A model generated the notes under the pieces. The model was not told where the DNA came from, made no database searches, and saw only the letters and a program-made list of their open reading frames with translations. The position numbers and the translations under genes are program-made. From contig CP070788.1 of assembly GCA_020346765.1 (NCBI GenBank), positions 2,165,488-2,214,053 on the forward strand: a DNA stretch of 48,566 nucleotides, written 5' to 3'. Below, piece after piece: positions 42,747-48,566 of this stretch; positions within the stretch are counted from its first letter, which is position 1; every line of letters begins with the position of its first letter. Source of the stretch: Nitrospiraceae bacterium (GTDB taxonomy: Bacteria > Nitrospirota > Thermodesulfovibrionia > UBA6902).

Positions 42747-44591
42747 ATGGATTTGATCAAAAAGGTTCAGCAGGCACCAGCGTCTCCCGGCATTTACCTC
42801 ATGAAGGGCGCAAAGGAGCGGGTCATTTATGTGGGCAAGGCAAAAAACCTCAGAAAGAGGCTCCGGTCCTATTTTCAGGGCAGTGGTACCCTCGATGATC
42901 GGAAGGCCAGGATGGTCCGGGAGGTCAGGGGCTTTGAGTGCATTGTCACGGGCAATGAACTGGAGGCCCTGATCCTTGAAGCGAGCTTCATCAAGAGGTT
43001 AAAGCCCTCGTACAATATCATCCTCAGGGACGACAAGAACTATCCCTACCTTAAGATGACCGTCAGGGAGGAGTGGCCCAGGCTTGAGGTGGTGCGCCGG
43101 GTAGAAAAAGACGGGTCCCTCTATTTCGGCCCCTATGTCCCTGCCGGGGCAATGTGGGAAATGCTGAAGTTCATCCGGCGCACCTTCCCGTTCCGCATCT
43201 GCCGGTACAGTATGGACAAGCCCTTCCGCCCCTGTGTGCAGCATCAGATGGGGCGATGCCCTGCGCCCTGCTCGGAATCGCTGAGGTCGCCCCGGCACCG
43301 GGAGGAATACCGCGAAACCGTCAACGAGGTGATTGCCTTCATCCAGGGGGAAAAGAAGGAGCTGCTGGAAAGCCTCAGGAACCGCATGCAGAAATACTCA
43401 GAAGAGATGCGCTACGAAGAGGCTGCGGGAATACGTGACAGGCTCAGGGCCCTTGAAAAGGCATGGGAATCCCAGCGGGTCATTGCCCCTGAACTGGGTG
43501 ACCTGGACGTGATCGGGATCTACCGGGAAGGAGAAGAGGCGTCCCTCTTTGTGCTCTTTATCAGAAATGGTGCTGTGATCGGGCAGAAAGATTTTTTCAT
43601 AAAGGAGCTGGGCGGCATGGAGGACAGCGAGCTTCTTGAGAGCTTCATCAATCAATTCTATTCAAAGGAGCTTCTCCTGCCCCGTAAAATAGTCATTCCT
43701 CTCAAAACTGCCTTGCCTGCCCAGCAGAAATGGCTCAGCGAACGGGAAGGGCATCCTGTGCGATTTGTTCAGGCCCGGGGGGACAGGGAGCGTGAGGTCC
43801 TGAAGATGGCCGGGGAAAATGCCTGTTACTCCTTTAGCAGGCACAAGGGCTCGGATCTAAACGAAACCCTCCTCAGGATCAAGGACCTCCTGGACCTGAA
43901 GAAGGTACCCCGCAGGATAGGGGCCATGGATATTTCGACCATTGCGGGTGCAGAGTCCGTGGGCGCCCTGATCATGTGCGAGGACGGGAAGTTCATGAAG
44001 GACGACTACCGCCTGTTCAGGATCAGAGCGGTCCCGGGAATGGACGACTTTGCTAGGATAGAGGAAGTGATGGGGAGATACGTGGAGAACATCTCCGGCA
44101 AGGGGGAGGAACTGCCCCAGCTTTTTCTCATTGACGGCGGGCGGGGCCAGCTCAGGGCCGCGCTCTCGGCACTGGGCCGGCTCAATGTAGACGTTGAGGT
44201 GGTAGCGATCGCCAAGGCCCGTGATGAGGTCCCCGGAAGGAAATCCGCTGTCCGCAGTGAATTCGAGCGCGTGTACCTGCCCGGCAGGCGCTCCCCCCTG
44301 CACCTGGATCCCTTTGCGCCGTCAACCCATCTTCTCAAGAGGATCCGCGATGAGGTGCACCGCGTAGCCGTGGGGTATCACCGTAAGATCAGGGCACAGA
44401 GGACGCTCGAATCGCCTCTTGAGAAAATAGCAGGGATCGGGAGGACACGAAGGCTTCTCCTCCTGAAGCACTTTGGCAGTATCGAGGCCATCAGAAAGGC
44501 GGCCATCGATGACATTGCTTCCCTGAAGGGGATGAACAGAAAGGTTGCCGAGAAGGTGAAGGAGGGGCTTGCCCGGGGCCCAAAGGCATGA
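42747..44591 (+). CDS. uvrC: Excinuclease ABC subunit C
   Basis: The GIY-YIG N-terminus is PGIYLMKG..ERVIYVGKAKNLRKRL. UVR domain, endonuclease V-like and C-terminal (HhH)2 regions are present. Confidence 0.95.
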   Translation: MDLIKKVQQAPASPGIYLMKGAKERVIYVGKAKNLRKRLRSYFQGSGTLDDRKARMVREVRGFECIVTGNELEALILEASFIKRLKPSYNIILRDDKNYPYLKMTVREEWPRLEVVRRVEKDGSLYFGPYVPAGAMWEMLKFIRRTFPFRICRYSMDKPFRPCVQHQMGRCPAPCSESLRSPRHREEYRETVNEVIAFIQGEKKELLESLRNRMQKYSEEMRYEEAAGIRDRLRALEKAWESQRVIAPELGDLDVIGIYREGEEASLFVLFIRNGAVIGQKDFFIKELGGMEDSELLESFINQFYSKELLLPRKIVIPLKTALPAQQKWLSEREGHPVRFVQARGDREREVLKMAGENACYSFSRHKGSDLNETLLRIKDLLDLKKVPRRIGAMDISTIAGAESVGALIMCEDGKFMKDDYRLFRIRAVPGMDDFARIEEVMGRYVENISGKGEELPQLFLIDGGRGQLRAALSALGRLNVDVEVVAIAKARDEVPGRKSAVRSEFERVYLPGRRSPLHLDPFAPSTHLLKRIRDEVHRVAVGYHRKIRAQRTLESPLEKIAGIGRTRRLLLLKHFGSIEAIRKAAIDDIASLKGMNRKVAEKVKEGLARGPKA

Positions 44592-45655
44592 TTAACGAAA
44601 AAAGCATCAAGAACTATCTCAGCGGCATCTTTGGCAGTGAGGCCCGATACGTTCATATTGAAAAGCTGGGAGCGGGCGTGCAGGGCGCGGGGTTTCTCAT
44701 TGAAATACAGACGCCGGAAGGGAAGCGGCAGTACGTCATCAAGGGGCTCTTCCCCGAGGGGCTGGAGCATGACTACCCTGCTGACCGGGCGGGGGTTTTT
44801 CTTCTCGACCTGGATGAATTCGGACGGCTGCCCCGGCATGTCAGGGCCGTAGACGTGCTGTCGGAAATGGAGGACGGGTCGATCAAATCAATCGGCGGGG
44901 GCAGAGAGTATTACCTTCTCATGGAACGGGCCGAGGGCAGGCATTATTTTCACGACCTTGCATCCTTTGCAGGCAAGGAGAAACTGGACACCTCGGACAT
45001 TATCAAGGTCCAGTCAATGGCCTCCTATCTTGCCAAGATCCACGCTGTGAAGAAGGACTCGCGGCACCTGCACTGGCGGAAAGTACGAGACACCATTGGC
45101 CACGGCGAGTGCCTTATGGGCGTCTTTGACATGTATCCTGACAATACGCTGAGCTATAGCGACATGGCTGAGATAGAAAAAAAGTGCGTGGACTGGCGGG
45201 CGAGGCTCAAGCCGAAATTCAGGCGGCTTTGCCAGGTGCACGGCGATTTTCATCCGGGGAACATATGGTTCCGGGGGCCGGGGGACTTTATTCTCCTGGA
45301 CCGCAGCCGGGGGCCCTGGGGAGATGCTGCGGACGATGTGACGGCGCTGACGATTAATTACATCTTTTTTTCGATCAACCACTTCGGGAAACTGCAGGGA
45401 CCCTACGAGGAAGCATTGCGCCTGTTCTATGACAAGTATTTCAATGAGTCAGGGGACATGGAGCTGTTCAGCGTGGTCGCCCCGTTTTACGCCTTCCGGG
45501 GCGCGGTTGTTGCCAACCCGGTCTTTTACGCGGAGGTGACGCGGGAAAACAGGCGGAAGATCTTCAACTTTATTCACGGCGTGCTCGATGATGAGAGGTT
45601 TCATATTGAGAAGGTGAATGAGTATATAAAAACAGGGGCCAAGGGGCCTCGATAA
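44588..45655 (+). CDS. Phosphotransferase-family protein (APH/ChoK-like kinase fold)
   Basis: The catalytic loop is HGDFHPGNIWF and the downstream motif is ILLDRSRGPWGDAADDV (DxD). It overlaps the uvrC stop by 4 nt. The substrate is unknown. Confidence 0.6.
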   Translation: MINEKSIKNYLSGIFGSEARYVHIEKLGAGVQGAGFLIEIQTPEGKRQYVIKGLFPEGLEHDYPADRAGVFLLDLDEFGRLPRHVRAVDVLSEMEDGSIKSIGGGREYYLLMERAEGRHYFHDLASFAGKEKLDTSDIIKVQSMASYLAKIHAVKKDSRHLHWRKVRDTIGHGECLMGVFDMYPDNTLSYSDMAEIEKKCVDWRARLKPKFRRLCQVHGDFHPGNIWFRGPGDFILLDRSRGPWGDAADDVTALTINYIFFSINHFGKLQGPYEEALRLFYDKYFNESGDMELFSVVAPFYAFRGAVVANPVFYAEVTRENRRKIFNFIHGVLDDERFHIEKVNEYIKTGAKGPR

Positions 45656-45659
45656 AGAA

Positions 45660-45685
45660 AGTTGTCAGTTTTTAGACTGACAACT
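45660..45685 (+). other. Perfect 10-bp stem-loop between the kinase-like gene and the IMPase gene
   Basis: The structure is AGTTGTCAGT-TTTTAG-ACTGACAACT. There is no U tract on the plus strand, so it is not a classical terminator. Confidence 0.3.
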
Positions 45686-45742
45686 GAAATATGAAAACTA
45701 ACAGCTTTATTTTCTCTCGAAACGTGGACCTCTGGCTTAATC

Positions 45743-46534
45743 ATGGATATCACTGACCTGAGAAACATCGGCAGCAGGCTTCAGGAGGAAATATCACGGT
45801 GCCTCCATGACCTGCAGAGCGGCACCCCATTTGGCAGGGGCGCCGGTGGCGACATAACGCACCTGATCGACAAGCGGGCTGAGGACATTGTCATCAGGGA
45901 ACTGGAACAGCTCAGGTTCCCGGTAACACTCGTTTCAGAGGAGTGCGGGGTGAGGGACTTATTCGGAGGCGGCCCGCGGCTGCTCTTGGACCCCATCGAC
46001 GGGAGCAGAAACGCCGTAAGCGGCGTCCCGATATTCTCCCTGTCCATCGCCCTCATAGAGGGCGACACCATTGGCATGGCTTCATCGGGGTACGTGATTA
46101 ACCTGGCAGGCGGCGATGAGTTCTGGGCACTGAAGGGAGGGGGAAGCTACCTGAACGGGCGGCCCCTGCGTACTCAGCAGGACGATACCTTCCGGGTCAT
46201 TGCCTATGAAGCACAATCGCCGGGACGCGACATCCCACGGATCATGCACCTCCTTTCCCTGTTCAGCAGGGCACGCTGCTTCGGATCTACAGCACTGGAC
46301 ATGGCCTTTCTTGCCCAGGGTGCCCTGAGCGTATTTGTCGTTCCTTCTGCGTCGCGGAGCTTTGATTTTGCGGCGGGCTGGCTGCTGATACAGGAGGCAG
46401 GAGGCATTGTGACGGACCTTGACGGCAGGGCACTCGATGATATACCCGTCAGCCTCAATCGATCGTCACCCCTCCTTGCGTCGGCCAACGAGAATCTTCA
46501 CAGGAAGGCACTGGCAGCGTTGAAGGGCCGGTAA
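45743..46534 (+). CDS. Inositol monophosphatase / fructose-1,6-bisphosphatase family protein
   Basis: The metal-binding motifs SEE, LDPIDGSRNA and FDFAAGWLLIQEAGG (WDxAAG-like) are present. Confidence 0.8.
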   Translation: MDITDLRNIGSRLQEEISRCLHDLQSGTPFGRGAGGDITHLIDKRAEDIVIRELEQLRFPVTLVSEECGVRDLFGGGPRLLLDPIDGSRNAVSGVPIFSLSIALIEGDTIGMASSGYVINLAGGDEFWALKGGGSYLNGRPLRTQQDDTFRVIAYEAQSPGRDIPRIMHLLSLFSRARCFGSTALDMAFLAQGALSVFVVPSASRSFDFAAGWLLIQEAGGIVTDLDGRALDDIPVSLNRSSPLLASANENLHRKALAALKGR

Positions 46535-46564
46535 CCATGCCCATGGTATTGACATCAGGCTGAG

Positions 46565-46720
46565 ATGCCCCCGAAAAAAACCCCAAAAAAGAACCCCTGT
46601 CCTGACTGTGACTTTTGTCAGTGGTGCAGTGATGAGCGGTGTGCCATGTGCCGTCATAGCTGCAGGAAAGACCCCCCCCGGAAAAGAAAACCCCACAAGC
46701 CGCTCTTTCTCAAGTATTAG
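46565..46720 (+). CDS. Possible 51-aa basic Cys-rich protein (below the ORF-track cutoff)
   Basis: The sequence is MPPKKTPKKNPCPDCDFCQWCSDERCAMCRHSCRKDPPRKRKPHKPLFLKY. It has seven Cys spaced CxxCxxCxxCx4CxxCx3C between Lys/Pro-rich tails. The SD is weak, and the flanks are A/C low-complexity DNA, so coding status is uncertain. Confidence 0.3.
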   Translation: MPPKKTPKKNPCPDCDFCQWCSDERCAMCRHSCRKDPPRKRKPHKPLFLKY

Positions 46721-46804
46721 AGTTCCAGGGAACCATTAAGTACGGAAGTGCGGAAGCAGGCAGGTGAGGAAACCGCGGACCGTCGCTCGACGATGGCCGC
46801 AGAG

Positions 46805-47167
46805 TCACGGCATGCTGACATTGATATCATAGCTTCCCACGGAGGCCTTGTCAGCGATCCCCTGCTTCCAGAGGAGGTCGATGACCCGTGCCTTTGACGT
46901 CCTGGGCACCATGAGGATGAGCTTGGCGCCGAGGCCGGTGATTTTTTTCCATTCCCCGGCCCTTTGCTCGGTAATGGTGCCCTCTGTCTCAACCTCCATA
47001 ATGGCGAGGACCAGGCCGTGGTTGCCCAGGATCAGGTCAGGATAGTGCCCCTTGAATTCGCTCTTCCGTTCCCCGGCGGGATTTGTCTTTACATCACTAT
47101 AGTCGCGGGAAAGCTTGTTGCTGAGATAGGAAACCATCCAGTCATGTATCAGCTGCTCATTCATCAT
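46805..47167 (-). CDS. Hypothetical protein (possible PD-(D/E)xK-like fold)
   Basis: The 120-aa ORF has plausible composition. YPDLIL...AIMEVETE vaguely resembles a nuclease-fold core. No confident family was found. Confidence 0.45.
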   Translation of the reverse strand: MMNEQLIHDWMVSYLSNKLSRDYSDVKTNPAGERKSEFKGHYPDLILGNHGLVLAIMEVETEGTITEQRAGEWKKITGLGAKLILMVPRTSKARVIDLLWKQGIADKASVGSYDINVSMP

Positions 47168-47178
47168 ATGCCGGCCCC

Positions 47179-48147
47179 CTACAGCCTGAATTTATAGGTA
47201 AGGTTGATGATGAAATCCGGGACCCCCGTGGTGTTCAGGTCCTCGGTGAGTGAAAGGTCAAAGACCCTCCCCTCCTTCTGGTATCTGCCGCCGAAGGCAA
47301 TGAGATATGCCCAGCCGTCAACTGCATCCACCCCGGTGTCAGGATAGGTCCCGGACTGCCCCTGGACCTGGACAAGGCCGCTGAACCCCCTGCCGAGCAT
47401 CATCTCAACTGCAGCGCCGGCATGAAAGTAATTCCTGACGTTCACGCGTTCATGGCCTCGGACATCGCCGGGAAACACACCGCCCACATTCCAGAAGGTC
47501 ATGACTTTCTCTGTGACGGCCGCATCGAGCAGGAGGGAGGCCCCTCCGTCAAGGCTGCCGTTGCTGAAGCCCTGCTCAGAGCTGCTCACCGGAACTTCCA
47601 CACTTCCCTGCACGCTCAGGCGGTAGCCGTCAGATGACAGCAGAGGCTGTTTTACGGCAAGCCTGATGTCACCCAGCCGCGTGCCGCTCTTCCCCGAAAT
47701 CACGGGAGCGCCATCCCGGGATACCGAATAGAGGAACTCATTGTGGGGACGGTTGCTTCTTCCATAGTCGCTGAAGCCGAATGCTTTGTGGAAGTTCTCC
47801 ACAAAATTGTCCATAAAGCCGCCCCCTGTGATTATCACGGGTATTGAGGCGCTGATTTCAAAGAGGTCCCTGACGGTCCTCCTGTAGATAAAATTGATTT
47901 CCGTTATCTCCATGTCAAGCCCGATGTCCCAGTCAGCGGAATCCTGCACAACATAGGTGCTTGAGTGGGAGAGGCTGTAAGACATGGAGCTTTCCGTGGC
48001 GGCCTTTTCCAGAAAGGGCTGGTCAAGATGGAGGGAAAGGGGAAAGAGGTTTCTCGTCTGAATGGGGCCCTCAAAGGATGCAGTGACCGGCGAGGATGAC
48101 GCACAAAGGAAGATGACTGCCGCGGCACAGGCCAGTAATACTTTCAC
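47179..48147 (-). CDS. Putative outer-membrane protein (DUF3187-like beta-barrel)
   Basis: The signal peptide is MKVLLACAAAVIFLCASSSPVTA. Amphipathic strands alternate along the protein, and the C-terminus is INLTYKFRL. Its GTG start overlaps the stop of the upstream PGK-like gene (GTGA). Confidence 0.55.
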   Translation of the reverse strand: MKVLLACAAAVIFLCASSSPVTASFEGPIQTRNLFPLSLHLDQPFLEKAATESSMSYSLSHSSTYVVQDSADWDIGLDMEITEINFIYRRTVRDLFEISASIPVIITGGGFMDNFVENFHKAFGFSDYGRSNRPHNEFLYSVSRDGAPVISGKSGTRLGDIRLAVKQPLLSSDGYRLSVQGSVEVPVSSSEQGFSNGSLDGGASLLLDAAVTEKVMTFWNVGGVFPGDVRGHERVNVRNYFHAGAAVEMMLGRGFSGLVQVQGQSGTYPDTGVDAVDGWAYLIAFGGRYQKEGRVFDLSLTEDLNTTGVPDFIINLTYKFRL

Positions 48148-48566
48148 AGGATACTCTTCCCCGAACGCTCCTTGTTTTCAATCAGGGCGCGGACAGGCTT
48201 CAGACTGTAGGGGCTCCCTTCTTCTATGGCCTTGAGCACGGTCCCGCCGCCGGTGAAGAAATAGTATTGCTTGCTGTCAAGGATGGAGAGGTACAGTCCG
48301 GGGCAAAGGTTTTTAAATTCCTGCAGGGGGTCTCCGCCGCCGTACATTTTCAGGGCGGTTTTGTTCTTGTCGAGGGTTATGTCCAGGGCCCGGGAGCCCT
48401 CGGCAAAGGGCGGTGTCAGGCCCATGACGGCATTGACAAAGATTGTCCTGGCATCGTGAACGGCGTCTGATATTCTGTTGTCGGAAAAAGAGCGGGGGTC
48501 TATGTCCAGAAAATATCCATGCTTGCCGCCCTTCTTCAGATCGGCAAGCGACAGCGTCCTGTATTT
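48144..48566 (-). CDS. Divergent phosphoglycerate-kinase-family protein, C-terminal part only; the 5' end lies outside the window
   Basis: The frame is open to the window edge. FLDIDPRS...DARTIFVNAVMGLTPPFAEGSRAL...MYGGGDPLQEF...FFTGGGTVLKAIEEG is collinear with the PGK pattern LDIGP..KTI.WNGPMGVFE...F..GT......GGGD......STGGGA.LE.LEG. Confidence 0.6.
   Translation of the reverse strand, partial: KYRTLSLADLKKGGKHGYFLDIDPRSFSDNRISDAVHDARTIFVNAVMGLTPPFAEGSRALDITLDKNKTALKMYGGGDPLQEFKNLCPGLYLSILDSKQYYFFTGGGTVLKAIEEGSPYSLKPVRALIENKERSGKSIL

Noticed and set aside
1-48566. Window-wide look for CRISPR arrays, tRNA/rRNA/tmRNA/SRP genes, transposases, integrases and known defence-system genes
   Set aside because: No spaced direct-repeat arrays, cloverleaf-like or rRNA-like stretches, or recombinase or transposase ORFs were seen. 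The only repeat families are the 130-nt structured element and the octamer palindromes reported above.

Overview
Bacterial chromosomal window with about 50 protein-coding genes. I saw no rRNA, tRNA, CRISPR array or transposase gene. All calls come from reading the six-frame translations and the DNA by eye; nothing was searched or computed. Taxonomy cannot be fixed from this window; the gene content fits an anaerobic Deltaproteobacteria- or Nitrospirota-like organism. Layout: (1) 0-6.5 kb holds partial cobA, a motAB stator pair with a sigma-54-like promoter, a tandem USP gene followed by a stand-alone IF-2 C-terminal paralog, a ferritin-like protein, and an azoR / haloalkane dehalogenase pair. 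(2) 6.6-17.5 kb, minus strand, is a conserved housekeeping block: pheA-hisC-aroF-tyrA-aroA-cmk-plsC-ispH-rpsA-sppA-ihfB. The aroA-cmk-rpsA-ihfB core order is the classic proteobacterial one. Two of its spacers carry related long inverted repeats built from octamers. (3) 17.9-22.8 kb is the most unusual locus. Two amino-acid-type ABC permease genes lie together, and the second is fused in frame to a four-cluster ferredoxin and a molybdopterin oxidoreductase, giving one 1363-aa ORF. No ATPase, binding protein, quinol anchor or Tat signal is present. (4) 23-27 kb holds rhodanese, glgX, a small Cys-rich protein, TauE and an ArsR regulator. (5) 27.3-32.7 kb is a candidate synthase-dependent glycan or envelope cluster: GT2 synthase, outer-membrane barrel, TPR protein and a GT-C-like membrane protein. 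An A9 tract disrupts the natural N-terminus of the TPR protein. (6) 32.7-35.2 kb holds two copies of a ~130-nt structured repeat bracketing a 53-codon membrane ORF, then a compositionally odd B12-radical SAM gene. A third copy of the repeat sits at 42.5 kb. (7) 35.3-48.6 kb is mixed housekeeping: CNNM/CorC, icd, REC-HD-GYP, ubiX, rsmG, a LigD-PE domain, ubiE, uvrC, an APH-like kinase, an IMPase, small ORFs, a DUF3187-like outer-membrane protein, and a divergent PGK-like gene that runs off the right edge.
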